This document shows, piece after piece, positions 1 through 11,842 of a stretch of 47,502 nt of DNA. A model generated the notes under the pieces. The model worked only from the letters and a program-made list of their open reading frames with translations, had not been told where the DNA came from and made no database searches. The position numbers and the translations under genes are program-made. Source of the stretch: an uncultured Nitrososphaeraceae archaeon (GTDB lineage Archaea > Thermoproteota > Nitrososphaeria > Nitrososphaerales > Nitrososphaeraceae); the NCBI GenBank assembly GCA_963729045.1, contig CAVSMN010000019.1, forward strand, positions 1 through 47,502. Direction: 5' to 3'. Within the stretch, counting starts at the first letter, position 1. Each line of letters starts with the position of its first letter.

Positions 1-2963
1 CTAAAGGGGATAGTGATAAAATATCCTCATTTATTTTCTTAATGAAATCCGGATTGCGTTTCACTAAATTCTTATGTTCAGCAGAGATTGAAGAATCCGA
101 AAGCAATGATTTCATAACAAGTCCAAAATTCTTAGTTTTAGCGTTTGTCACCAGATTTAAAACTTTATCATAGAGGATTTTTTTGTCAGTTGATGATAAA
201 TATATATGAATATTTTTTAGTTGTGCATTTCTTGTCACCTTCAAGATTTTATGCAAATCATCAAGGATATTTGAAATCTCTAATTCGTTTTCATCTGTAA
301 CTGGATTAACAAATTCACTTTTTACACTGGGCCAACTATTCTGAAAAATGGATCCTTTTTGTGGTTCTAAAAATTCCCACATCTCCTCCGCAAGAAATGG
401 ACAAAAAGGTGCCAGCATTTTGATTCTTGCTCTAAAAAAGTATGAAATGACAAAAATATCCGTATTATTTTTAGACACGCGATCAGATCTGGATTCCTTT
501 CTTTTCTTGTACCATTCAAAATCTTTATCCATCAAATATAGTACTGTATTTAGAGCATCTCTTATTCGCATTTCTTCAAATGAATTAGTAATATCTTTGA
601 TGGTAGAGTTTACACGTTGAAGTAACCATTTATCCTCCCATTCTAAATCAATAAAGAGGTCAGAAAAAGTTTTCGTCTTTACCATTTGGGTTTGTAGCAG
701 TCTTTTGTTTTGTTATAAAGTCTTTACCAAATTCATAAATTTCGTTTAGTCTCGAATATATACCCTTAAGAGTTGAAAAGGAAAAATCAACATCTTGCAA
801 TAATTCTCCCAAAACTAACATGGCCACTCTTATGGAATCTGCGTTAAACTGCTTTATAGTACTTTCAATGGTATTATATTTCCCATGGATTTTGACATTT
901 TCTTTCCGTCCATCAAAACAGACCCGTTGACTACTATTTGCCTAGGCCATAAAGATTTTGGAAAAATTATTGAGTGATTAAATATAAAAAAGGACAGGTG
1001 ATTTGGTACCAAGTCTCTCCCTGAGTGTCTAGAGTCCAAAGGATAATAATATTTGAATTCTTCACGAATTTGTTTTGATTGAAGTAAAAACTCAGTGAAG
1101 ATCGATTTATCCAAATTAACATCGATCGGGATAGAATCCAGATCGTCTGAGAAATTATCATTTTCGTCAAGCGCAAGGAAATGGCCAGACCTGACACCCA
1201 AAAGAACATAATCAAAAAATGCATTATCTACAAAATTGGAATATTTTTCCAAATGGTGCAAATTTACATATTTAGAAATGATATAATATACCATGTAGAT
1301 AACAGAATCAGACAAACTCTCGATGATCCATTCTTTTGTCCCATGGTAATGGTGTACCTAACCCAGTTTTTCTCGCACAAGCTCTAACCTTAAGCCAATC
1401 AAATACGTTCTTAAATTCTTTAATTATTTCATGGGGTATTATTTCCATTCTGTTTAAACATTCAAAAGCCAAAATTTTCCATTCAGGATTACCATAATTC
1501 AAAAACCATTGGTTATTCAATAATTTGACAAAACATAGAGTCCCGCATCTACAGTAAACTGGTTTGTTAGTCATTTCGAAAAACGGAACAGACTCCCCTA
1601 AAGCAATTAACCGGTCTTTGACTAAATCTTTAGCCTTTGAAACCGGCATTCCAGAATATTCAAAAGTTCCTTCGTTCATTTTCCCGCTGTAGAATTCTGT
1701 AGAGTATAATTCAGATGTTGCATTCTCTAAATTAGGATCATTTTGGTGAGATATATTATATTTTGTTAGGAAAACCCTTGATGGAATCACCTCATTTCCC
1801 CTATATTCTCTTTCTGTATCTTTAATAGAACGTCCTTTTGTATTAGTAGCAGTTTCACTACCAACATTGTCTGGTATTTGATCATACTGTTCTTGAATTT
1901 TAGAATTTATAATTACGATAGGAACAATCGTGTCTGGACTCAATACGGCAGGGTAATCTGAAGATTGTTTTGTAAAATCCAAGAGGGCTTGCATATCAAA
2001 TGGGGCGTGAGCAGGAACCGACATTACGATTCCACTGCCTTCTTCTAAAGTAACAAATTTAGCGGGCAAAATTGGAATAAATCGGGTCGTTAGTGGAGAT
2101 TCAACCAACGAGCCAATCAATTCTTTGCCTAAAAGCGTGCTGGTTACTTTAATTGAATAATTCAGATACTCTAATTTCTTTGCGGCGGATCTGCTTAATA
2201 TCCAATCTTCAGTTTCGTTGACAAGTACGACAGCATACTCTTCGTTTGGATTTATCCAAAGATTAGTCACTCCAAAAATAGTTTCTGGTCTTAATGTAGT
2301 TACAGGTATGAATATGTTCTCATTTTTAAGCTTGAATTTGATCAGGGAATACTCTGTAAATGATGGCTCAATGTCACCCAAAGTATCATGCTGGCTAACT
2401 GGGTTTGAGTCATTAGGACACCAACCAACTGGATGAGACCCTTGTTCGATCACCCCGAGTTTATGAAGAGTTTCAAATTGCCAAGATATTAGTTTCTTAT
2501 ATATAGGATCAATGGTTGTAAATTCCCGTCTCCAATCAATTGAATACCCCATCTCTTTCATTCCGGCCTTTATCTCGTTATGAAAATATTTGGCTATTTG
2601 AAGAGGCTCCTTAAAGGTAAGTATATCTTCGTCACTGATATTGTATATTTTTCTGAAATTTTCTATGATTTCTTTATCTCCTGCTTGTACCCTCCTTGCC
2701 ATCCCTAGAATTGGGGTACCTGTATAATGAAAAGCCATAGGAAAGAGTAAGTTATAACCCCTTAGCATCTTGTATCTGGCATGTACATCTGCTATAGTGT
2801 AGGTTCTTCCGTGTCCAATATGCTGTGGTGAGTTTGGGTATGGATAGGCAACTGTAATGAAAAATTTCTTTTGGCCCGAAATAGGATCCGATGTATTTAT
2901 TGCATTTTGCTCCCAAATTTGTAACCATTTGTTTTCAATCGAATTCCAGATATTGACGTCCAT
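1..2963 (-). CDS. leuS: Leucyl-tRNA synthetase (archaeal type); 3' end runs off the window; three apparent single-base indels (~1335, ~863, ~665)
   Basis: AYPYPNSPQHIGH (HIGH), TTLRPET and GSGIVMSVPAHAPFD editing domain in 1308..2963. KMSKS in 854..1315. My translation of 1..~665 gives EDKWLL...MLAPFCPFLAEEMW. One-base corrections restore PWDKEWIIESLSDS and MGNIIPLKSTIKQF. Confidence 0.95.
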
Positions 2964-3385
2964 TTCTCTTCCTTATCCTCATTTAAACGATTTTGCTGCT
3001 GCTATTTCAAAATTCGTAACAAGTTTATCAAATGTATTTTTTTTTAATGAAACATACATACAAATCCTCGATTTATCGAAAAAGCAAAGATCAAAGATAT
3101 GATTTGACGGGGTTAAAAATGGCATTTGATCAATATCAAGATAATTTAATTTCACAATTCTAAAAAATTTGTTCGCTGTTATATTTAGGTTGTCAAATCA
3201 AAACTAGAGAGAAAGAGGGCTGGCCAAAAAATCATTTTCAATGCCTTTTTTGCGGGTTAGGCGTGGTGTTAGATTTGTAAACGCTAATATGTCAAATATT
3301 GGGAAGATTTGTAGTTTTTTCTAGTCAAGATTGTTTTGGCTGGTACATTCTGAAACGCTTATTTTAAACTTGCAATGAAATTAAT

Positions 3386-4346
3386 ATGAAATTGAATAAG
3401 TACCAGAATTATTCAAAGTATAAAAACGGAATAGCAATTCCATCATTGATTGGTACAGTTTTATTCATTATTCTTTATTCTTATTCCCGCATTACTTCCC
3501 CCGGCGTAGAAGTTTTTTTGTCTGATTCATTATACTCACTTGCTGCATCAGGTCCTGATAGGTTATTTAGCTTGTCTTTTTCTTTTTTATTTGAGTATTT
3601 ACAAGTATTATTTTTCAAAATCAAAAATTGAAAACAATCCTCAGAATTTGCTGTACCACTTGCAATCTCCTTTTAAATCAACAAAGTACAAACTCATTTT
3701 TGTAATTTCTAGTCTGGTTTATTTTGTATTCTTTGGGTTTCTTTCAAATATCTTTATTTATTTCGTGGATGAAAATACCGTATTTTCAATTTACCCCATT
3801 CCCCCATCTGATCATTTACCACATGAATTAAACGGGTCTCATACAACCAATCATCACCAAAATGCTTCGGAAACAGAAAGTCTAAATGAGGACTTCGTTA
3901 GTAGCATTGATTACCCCACTTACAAACTCATTATTTGCTGCAATTATATTGGATATCTGCCAATGCTGATTCTGCAATTAAGTGAAAGCCTATCTATTCT
4001 AATAATACCTCTGAACTTAATAATTGGGATAACACTATCTATTTTAGTTGGGTTGAATGTTACCCTAAACATATTCATTTTATCAAAAAATCGAACGGTT
4101 AAAATGTCAAAAAAAAACCTATTTGGTGCTGTAGGAATTTCTACTGGATTATTTGTAGGGTGTCCGACATGCATGGGTAGTTTGTTTTACTCTCTAGTGG
4201 GATTTAGCTCCATGGTGCTTTTATCTTCATTAAACTTCTATCAGATCTTGTTCGTGGTTATAAGTATACCAATGCTATTTGGATCTCTATTTTTTATGAT
4301 GAATATGCTTCGAAAAACTTATCTTAAATCTTGTCAAATAAAATGA
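3386..4346 (+). CDS. Multi-pass membrane protein of unknown function with His-rich loop, CC and GCPTC motifs; +1 frameshift near 3554
   Basis: ORFs 3386..3631 and 3540..4346 join by deleting one base (SLAASG-LIGYLACLF). Several hydrophobic segments; motifs HLPH..HTTNHH, IICC, FVGCPTC. Confidence 0.7.
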
Positions 4347-4396
4347 TTGAATCTAAATCCTAAAGAAAAATAGGGTATGAATTCCTTAGTTTGATA

Positions 4397-6601
4397 TTAA
4401 TCTTTATCTATGAATTCATCAGGTGAAGGAGGTTCTGGATTAATGCCCTTTCTTTTCCTTATGTCGGTAATAATATTTCTTATGACTGACTGAGGAACTG
4501 CTTGCCATGTTTTAAAATAAGTACTCCACATTGCTTTTCCTGCTGTTCCCCCCCTCATCATTTCAGACAAATCAAATGTTTCTGAGGCAGGTACTTCACC
4601 CAGGATAATAGCAATTATACCCTTTTGGTCCACGTTTAGCAATTTACCTCTCTTACCGGACAATATCCCAGCGACTGTACCAATCTGTTCCTGTGGACAT
4701 TTTACTTCTATACCTAGGATCGGTTCTAACAACACAGGATCGGCTATCAACATGGATCCCAGCATAGCTCTTCTTGTTGCAGGCATTAATTGAGCCAAAC
4801 CCCTGTGTGCCGGATCCTCGTGAGGGACAAAGTGGTGTAATACAAAACGCAAACCTCTGACAGATTCTTGAGCAATCGGCCCCGAATGAATTACATCCTC
4901 AAAGCCTGATTTGATTGAATCCATAGACTCTTGAATAAATTGAACTCCTTTTGTCTCGTCAGAAAGCATATTGCCGGTTGGGTCAACAGTAACCACGCTC
5001 CTAGCGTCATCCGTACTCCAACCCTTTTCCCTAAGCAGGCGAGACATTTCTTTCTTGTCCATATCTTCTCGCAATTGTCCTGTCCTAATCATATCGATAA
5101 CTTCCTCACTCAATGGTTCTACCCTCAAAAATATCTTGTTGTGTTTGTTTGGTGATTTGCTCATTATTGGTCCTGCTCTTCCTCTAATGGTTTCTCTGTA
5201 GTTAATCAAAGGTTGTGTCGTTTTAATATCTAAGCCCAATTCTTGCAACAAGGAAGTTGCAATTTCAAGGTGCAAGACTCCCATACCTGCCATTAGTGTC
5301 TCTCCAGATTCTTCATTAATCTTTACAATTAGGTTTGGATCCTCAACAGTAATTCTTCTCAACCCTTCAACAAGTTTTGGTAAATCTTTTGGATGCTTTG
5401 GTTCTACGGCGATGGTAACTACAGGTTCAGAAACATACTTTATGGATTCGAAAGCAGGTACGGTTTTGATCGAAGAAATAGTCTCACCTGCCACAGCATA
5501 ATCTAACCCTAATAAAGCGGGAATATTACCACATGGGATAACACTTACGACTTCACGTGTGTTCCCCATATAAATATTCACAGATTGTACTTTTCCAGTT
5601 CGCTTAGCATCTATAAGAAAAACTTCGTCTCCGTCTTTGATCGTACCAGAGAATAATCTACCAGTCGCAACCCTCCCGGCCTGAGGATCAACGTTAATTG
5701 TTGTTACCATCATCAAAACCGGACCATTTTCATCACAATTTAAGAGAGCCTTTCCAATGTCAGAATCCAAATCACCTGGCCAAATTTTTGGAATTCTATA
5801 TTTTTGTGCTACGTGAGGTGGAGGATGATGTTGAACCACCATACCAAGAACTGCGTCATGCAAAGGTGCTCTTTCGGATAACTTTTTGATAGATGTAGGA
5901 TCGGTCGATGTGTATGCATCATAAACGTCCTTGAAGCTAATCCCTTTTTTCTGTGCCACCTTAAAATTAAAACCCCATCTATCCTTTGCAGATCCGAATG
6001 CAACTGTATTTCCCTGGATGCTTACCTTCCATTTTTCCTTCAGTTCAGGCTCGGCGTAGAGATCTACTAATCTATTAAACTCTGCGATAATGTTAGATAA
6101 CCACTTTTGCATGGCAGCAGGATCCAAACGTAATTCTTTTACCAACCTGTCGATTTTGTTTATATATAATACGGGTCTAACTCGTTCCTCTAATGCTTGT
6201 CTGGTTACTGTTTCGGTTTGTGTCATTATACCCTCTACCGAATCTGAAACTACGACTACCCCATCGATTGCTCTTAGGGCTCTAGTAACTCTACCAGTAA
6301 AATCAATGTGCCCAGGTGTATCTATCATATTTATGACATATTCCTTACCATCATCATTTTCGTAGAATAGAGTCACATTAGCTCCTCTAATTGTCATTTG
6401 TCTATTCTGTTCTAGTTTCATGGAATCCAAGGCCAATGCTTGTCCTGCAACACTTGGGGAAATAATTCCCGAAGCGGCCAAAAGGCTATCACTCATCGTA
6501 GTCTTACCGTGATCTACATGAGCAATAACCCCGAAATTTCTAATTTGATCTTTATTTCCAATTATTCTGATAATATCTTGAGTCGATTTAAACTTGGGCA
6601 T
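4397..6601 (-). CDS. fusA: Translation elongation factor 2 (aEF-2)
   Basis: AHVDHGKTT, DTPGHIDF and NKID G-motifs; diphthamide loop HEDPAHRG. ATG at 6601 (MPKFKST) preferred over TTG 6613. Confidence 0.97.
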   Translation of the reverse strand: MPKFKSTQDIIRIIGNKDQIRNFGVIAHVDHGKTTMSDSLLAASGIISPSVAGQALALDSMKLEQNRQMTIRGANVTLFYENDDGKEYVINMIDTPGHIDFTGRVTRALRAIDGVVVVSDSVEGIMTQTETVTRQALEERVRPVLYINKIDRLVKELRLDPAAMQKWLSNIIAEFNRLVDLYAEPELKEKWKVSIQGNTVAFGSAKDRWGFNFKVAQKKGISFKDVYDAYTSTDPTSIKKLSERAPLHDAVLGMVVQHHPPPHVAQKYRIPKIWPGDLDSDIGKALLNCDENGPVLMMVTTINVDPQAGRVATGRLFSGTIKDGDEVFLIDAKRTGKVQSVNIYMGNTREVVSVIPCGNIPALLGLDYAVAGETISSIKTVPAFESIKYVSEPVVTIAVEPKHPKDLPKLVEGLRRITVEDPNLIVKINEESGETLMAGMGVLHLEIATSLLQELGLDIKTTQPLINYRETIRGRAGPIMSKSPNKHNKIFLRVEPLSEEVIDMIRTGQLREDMDKKEMSRLLREKGWSTDDARSVVTVDPTGNMLSDETKGVQFIQESMDSIKSGFEDVIHSGPIAQESVRGLRFVLHHFVPHEDPAHRGLAQLMPATRRAMLGSMLIADPVLLEPILGIEVKCPQEQIGTVAGILSGKRGKLLNVDQKGIIAIILGEVPASETFDLSEMMRGGTAGKAMWSTYFKTWQAVPQSVIRNIITDIRKRKGINPEPPSPDEFIDKD

Positions 6602-6892
6602 CCTATATTTCAAAAAAGTTTTTTTAGGGTTATTAAACCTTCCTTGTGTAAGATAGGGTACGAAAAACCATGTAAAAGGGGTTGAATTTTCTAACTTTCT
6701 ATTATTAGTTTCAAGTTATTAAAGGCAAATAGCGGCGGTTCGGGGGAGGCTACAACAGTAATACATATTCCAATCAGGTATCCTAATCTGAAAAACATAA
6801 AATTTAGACCACATAGCAGGACTATCAAATGTTTAAAGTTGACCAACCCGTTAACTTATATGACAACAATTAATCAAAAAAAATGTTAACTC

Positions 6893-7726
6893 ATGGTGTT
6901 AGAAATTAGAGTGGGACATACACCCGACGCTGATGATGCTTTCATGTTTTATGCAATAGAAGAAGAGCTCATTCCAATGGGGGACTTTAAGATTATGCAC
7001 CAAGTAGATGATATCGAAAAACTAAACAAACAGGCGATTAACCATGAGTTAGAGGTAACGGCTATATCCGCACATGCACTTGCATTTCTCAAAGACTATA
7101 AAATACTAAGCAGTGGAGGCAGTTTTGGAATTAACTATGGCCCAATTATTATTTCCTACAAAAAATCCTTAGATGACATTTCAAATAACATTGTTGGAAT
7201 CCCTGGATATATGACCTCTGCGTATCTTTTGATGTCGATAGCCCTTGGGAAATTAAATTGCCGTGAAATGCTTTTTAGCGAGATTCCTAAAGCGATTATT
7301 AATGGAACCGTTCACTATGGACTAGTAATACATGAATCCCAGATCACTTATTCTAAGGATGATTTTAATAAGTTGTTTGATTTGGGCGAATGGTGGAATG
7401 AAAAAACTAACGGATTGCCTGTCCCATTAGGAATCAATGTGGCTAGTTCTAAATTGATGAATAAGAATATGATTAATGCCTTTGATAGACTTCTGCAAAG
7501 TTCGATTAAATACAGTCTAGATCATCTAGAAGAGGCCATAGAATTTTCCACCAAGTATGGTAGGGGAACCGAAAAATCAACACTAACCAAATTTGTCAAA
7601 ATGTATGTCAACCCCTATACCGTAGATATGGGTAAAGATGGGAGAGAGGCAATTTCTAGGATGTTTGAGATGGCACGAGATAAAGGCATAATTAAAAGTA
7701 TTCCTCCACTAAACTATTCTTTTTGA
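6893..7726 (+). CDS. mqnD: 1,4-dihydroxy-6-naphthoate synthase (futalosine menaquinone pathway)
   Basis: GHTPDADDAFMFY, GLVIHESQITY, DLGEWW...LPVPLG and MYVN motifs of the MqnD family; next to MqnE/MqnC radical SAM genes. Confidence 0.85.
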   Translation: MVLEIRVGHTPDADDAFMFYAIEEELIPMGDFKIMHQVDDIEKLNKQAINHELEVTAISAHALAFLKDYKILSSGGSFGINYGPIIISYKKSLDDISNNIVGIPGYMTSAYLLMSIALGKLNCREMLFSEIPKAIINGTVHYGLVIHESQITYSKDDFNKLFDLGEWWNEKTNGLPVPLGINVASSKLMNKNMINAFDRLLQSSIKYSLDHLEEAIEFSTKYGRGTEKSTLTKFVKMYVNPYTVDMGKDGREAISRMFEMARDKGIIKSIPPLNYSF

Positions 7727-7942
7727 ATATGCAGTTCTAATTCGGACCTTTTTTGGTTCTCATCATTTGACTTTTTTTGTGAAGGTATTAATTTTGCGAG
7801 CTCCGTTATCTATTATTAGATTTTATAAAAAATAAACCAAGTTATGATATGGTGAAATATCTGGAGTATTGGTAGCTTTTACCATCAGATGAATGAATTT
7901 GAAATTAAGAACGAATCATTATGCTAAGCCAAGTACATTATT

Positions 7943-9052
7943 TTATTTTATTATATTGAAAAAAGTGTCTCGTTGTACAGGGTTTCGCTTGATTTCTCTG
8001 ATCAGAAAGTTCAGCTCGTTAATAGAAATTTGGTTTGGTTTACCTGCAGCCTTAAAAATTTCCTCTGAAAAAGCTGTTCCGACCAAATCATTACCGCCAT
8101 AACATAATGCTACTTGAGCTAATTTTTTACCTAAAGCTATCCAATACACCGATACATTTTTGAGTACTTTACCGAGCAAAAGCCTTGATATCGCTATTAT
8201 TCTAAGATCATAAATTGATGGACTTTCAGAAATGAGCGTGTGTTCCCTTTCCAGCTGCGTATTTTCCAAGCTAAATTTTAGTGGGATAAATGTTGTAAAT
8301 CCTCCAGTTTTCTTATTTAATTCCCTTAACTTTATGATATGATCAACAATGTCCTCTGGTGTTTCAATATGACCGAAAAGCATTGTGCAATTGCCTTTCA
8401 AACCTATTTTATGGGCCTGATAGACTGTATCTAACCATTCTTCCCCTGAACATTTACCTAACACAATTTTGTCACGAGTATGCTTACTAAATATCTCCGC
8501 TCCACCGCCGGGCAACGCATCTAGGCCAGCATATTTCAGCCTCTCTAAAACTTCCTTGACTGAATTTTTAGTAACCCGCGATATAAAAAAAATCTCAGCA
8601 GGGGTGAGCGCTTTAATTATTACCTTTGGAAAACGGTTTTTTATCGACTTAAACATGTCTTCATAATATTCCAATCCCAACTTTGGGTTGAATCCTCCTA
8701 CGATATGAAGTTCAGTGGCACCTAGGTCATTTAAAGCAAACTCGGCCCTTTTTACAATTTGTTCATTCGATAGTGTGTATGCATCATCATCTTTTTCCTT
8801 TCTATAAAAAGCACAAAGCTGACAACTTGCAGCACAAACATTAGTGTAATTTAAGTAATAGGATGATACAAAACTTACGTTATCTCCGCGAATTTCTTTT
8901 CTCAGTTGATTCGCAGCATTTCCTAGCAAAAACAGATTCTCATTCTTAAGCAAATCGACACCTTCATTAAATGTCAACTCATCACCTGACATCACCTTCT
9001 CTAAGGCGGCAGTAGGTCTTACTAGAGTATTGGACAATATAGAGCATACCAC
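7943..9052 (-). CDS. mqnE: Radical SAM CofH/MqnE-family protein, probably aminofutalosine synthase
   Basis: LNYTNVCAASCQLC (CxxxCxxC), ELHIVGG, LPGGGAEIF, TMLFGHIET, FIPLKF; mqnD context. Confidence 0.75.
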   Translation of the reverse strand: MVCSILSNTLVRPTAALEKVMSGDELTFNEGVDLLKNENLFLLGNAANQLRKEIRGDNVSFVSSYYLNYTNVCAASCQLCAFYRKEKDDDAYTLSNEQIVKRAEFALNDLGATELHIVGGFNPKLGLEYYEDMFKSIKNRFPKVIIKALTPAEIFFISRVTKNSVKEVLERLKYAGLDALPGGGAEIFSKHTRDKIVLGKCSGEEWLDTVYQAHKIGLKGNCTMLFGHIETPEDIVDHIIKLRELNKKTGGFTTFIPLKFSLENTQLEREHTLISESPSIYDLRIIAISRLLLGKVLKNVSVYWIALGKKLAQVALCYGGNDLVGTAFSEEIFKAAGKPNQISINELNFLIREIKRNPVQRDTFFNIIK

Positions 9053-9089
9053 ATAAAAAAATATAAGTGCTTTTAATGCTCAAAAGCAA

Positions 9090-10269
9090 TTGTCCAAAAA
9101 TCAAAGAATAAATTATACCAAGATTAAGATTAAACAATCATTGCAAAATACCCAGGTTCAACATGATATTTTTAAACACTCTGAAATTGAAGATACAATA
9201 GATAGAATTCTAGAAAATCATGAAGTTAAGTTAAATGATGTAATTTACTTGTTAGAATCACAAGAGATTCAACGTTTAGGGTTGGTTGGTAACTCCATTA
9301 GAGAGAACATGTTTGGCAAAAATGTCACTTTTATCAATAATATAATATTAAATTATACGAATGTTTGCGTTACTTATTGTAAGTTTTGTGCTTTTTATAG
9401 ACCTCCTGGACATGAGGAATCATACACTGTATCAAAGGAAGAAATTCTCAATAGGGTCGTTTTTGCAAAAGCTAACTACAATATAAAACAAGTCCTCTTT
9501 CAAGGGGGGCATAACCCAAAATTAAATACCGAGTATTTCGAGGATATCTTCAGGACCCTCAAAGCAAAATGCCCAGACGTTGCAATCCATGGATTATCTG
9601 CTTCAGAGATAGATATGATAGCAAGAGTTGATAGGACATCGCCATTAGAAGTATTGGAGCGTTTGCAAGACGCCGGTCTTGAATCGCTACCTGGAGCAGG
9701 TGCAGAAATTCTGGTTGATGAAGTTAAGGATATTATAAGTCCACTCAAAATATCTAGTCAAACATGGTTAGACATCATGGAAAAGGCCCACAGTATCGGG
9801 ATTAAATCTTCCGCCACTATGATGTATGGAACTGTAGAGTCCGTGGAACAGAGGGCTCGTCATATCCTCAAGATTGCAGATTTACAAAGAAAAACCAATG
9901 GGTTTATGGCATTTATACCATGGAGTTTTGAACCCAATAAAACAGAAATTCAAGACAGTGGGATAGGTACAACATCCTATGGGCGGGTTTGAATTATTAA
10001 AGATGATTTCGGTGTCAAGGATTGTCTTTAAGGGTTTGATAGATCATCTCCAATCATCATGGCTTACAAATGGGATTGGAATGGCGCAATTAGCAATTTA
10101 CCACGGTTCTGACGACTTTGGAGGAACTCTCATAGGAGAAGAAGTTGTAAGTGCCACGGGCGCAAGATCTACAGAATTGTTATCTAAGAACATTATTACT
10201 GCGATAAAGGCTATGGGATACAGACCAGCAGAAAGAAACAACTCATATGATATAGTAAAACAGTATTAA
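9090..10269 (+). CDS. mqnC: Radical SAM cyclic dehypoxanthine futalosine synthase; +1 frameshift near 9967; true start may be a downstream TTG (~9141)
   Basis: NYTNVCVTYCKFCAFYR, QGGHNP, LPGAGAEIL, FIPWSF in 9090..9992; HLQSSW and GSDDFGGTLIGEEVV in 9979..10269. Confidence 0.8.
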
Positions 10270-10351
10270 AAATATTAAACGCATGAGTTTCTATAAACAA
10301 AATCTGTAGTTAGAATTTGGATGGCGATACACAAGGGCCTTTTTAAATAGA

Positions 10352-10359
10352 TTTATAAA
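10352..10359 (+). promoter_or_regulatory. Putative archaeal TATA box for HMG-CoA synthase (leaderless spacing)
   Basis: TTTATAAA ending 24 bp before the GTG start at 10384. Confidence 0.45.
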
Positions 10360-10383
10360 TGTATTTTCATAAACTTTACAATT

Positions 10384-11781
10384 GTGCCAGTTGGAATAGA
10401 CGACATGGCTATCTACGTTCCGAAACTTTATATAGACTACAAAGACTTCGCTGAAGCAAGAGGAATAGACCCCCAAAAACTAGAATATGGAATAGGAATC
10501 AAAAAGATGGCTTTGGCCGACGCTAATCAAGATCCGGCAAGCATGGCTGCAAATGCTTGTATGAGATTAATGAAGAATAATGATCTTAATCCTCAAGATA
10601 TAGGAAGAATTTATGTAGCTACTGAATCTGGATTGGACGAATCAAAAGCAATGAATTCATTTGTAATTGGGATGTTAGAACAGGTATATGGAGAAAGTAC
10701 TCTTGAACATGCAGGTGGTATAGAGTGCAAGTTTGCATGTGTGAGTGGCTCGTACGCCTTATATGATAACACAAATTGGATCCGTGCTGGTGAGAGTAAC
10801 GATAAGGCAGCCATAGTCATTGTTAGTGATATTGCAAAATATGACATTGGTTCTGCAGGTGAATATACTCAGGGTGCTGGGGCTATCGCATTACTCATTA
10901 AGGATAATCCCAGACTATTGTCTTTTGATGAGAAAGTTACTTCAACCATTATAAAAAATGAGTATGATTTTTATCGACCTTTTGGAAAAGAAACGCCACT
11001 AGTAAATGGCTTATACTCTAATTTACTTTATCTGATTCAAGTAAGGAAGGCCCTTGAGGGTTATAAGGATAAGGCAATTAAGTCTGGCATAATTAGCCTT
11101 GGAAAGGACGAATCAATCATAGACCACATTGATTACGTCAGCGTGCATTTACCTTATAGAAGAATGGGGGAAAAGGCTTTGGCTTATTTACTGAGGCACG
11201 AATGGAGACATTTATCTAGATGGAGTAATATTATTTCTGAAATAGGAACTGATGAGCCTGTTCCCAAAGACCCCAGAGGTACTATTGAGTCAATCTTGGC
11301 TGACACCGACTTTATGAGGGCTGATGAAAAATTTAGAAGGGAGTTTATGAAAACAAAATACTATAAAGAGGTTTTCGACAACAAAATGTCCTCATCTTTG
11401 CAGGCATCTGCCGTTATTGGTAACCTATACACTGCTTCTATGTATATGGGATTGCGAAGTTTATTAGAATTTGAATTTTTAAAGGGTGTAGATTTATACA
11501 ATAAGCGAATAGGTTTTGGTTCTTACGGTAGTGGTTGTAGCGCCATGGTATTTTCTGGAGTTATCCAAGAAAACTATAAGGATCTTGTAAAGCGAATGGA
11601 TTTAGATAAGGATATAGGACAAAGAACAAAAATATCAATTAACGATTACGAAAAATTACACAGGAATAGTCGCAAATATAATGAAGCCTTCTTAAACGCA
11701 GAAAATGAATTTATTCTTATAAATGTAGGAGGCACAACAGCTGATAGAGCAGGATTTAGAGAATATTGTTATGCATCATGA
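10384..11781 (+). CDS. Hydroxymethylglutaryl-CoA synthase (mevalonate pathway)
   Basis: ATESGLDESKA, catalytic ECKFAC, SDIAKY, EYTQGAGA, DFYRP, HLPY, GNLYTAS and SYGSG motifs. Confidence 0.92.
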   Translation: MPVGIDDMAIYVPKLYIDYKDFAEARGIDPQKLEYGIGIKKMALADANQDPASMAANACMRLMKNNDLNPQDIGRIYVATESGLDESKAMNSFVIGMLEQVYGESTLEHAGGIECKFACVSGSYALYDNTNWIRAGESNDKAAIVIVSDIAKYDIGSAGEYTQGAGAIALLIKDNPRLLSFDEKVTSTIIKNEYDFYRPFGKETPLVNGLYSNLLYLIQVRKALEGYKDKAIKSGIISLGKDESIIDHIDYVSVHLPYRRMGEKALAYLLRHEWRHLSRWSNIISEIGTDEPVPKDPRGTIESILADTDFMRADEKFRREFMKTKYYKEVFDNKMSSSLQASAVIGNLYTASMYMGLRSLLEFEFLKGVDLYNKRIGFGSYGSGCSAMVFSGVIQENYKDLVKRMDLDKDIGQRTKISINDYEKLHRNSRKYNEAFLNAENEFILINVGGTTADRAGFREYCYAS

Positions 11782-11842
11782 TCTTTGAGTGATGATGTGT
11801 AGGATCAGACTTGGTTATCTAAACTAATTATTTTTTATCTAG

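Noticed and set aside
1..2963. Naturally split LeuRS (alpha/beta type) or programmed frameshifting
   Set aside because: Breaks fall inside conserved stretches, each is repaired by one base in a short homopolymer, and similar breaks occur throughout the window. Assembly error is more parsimonious.
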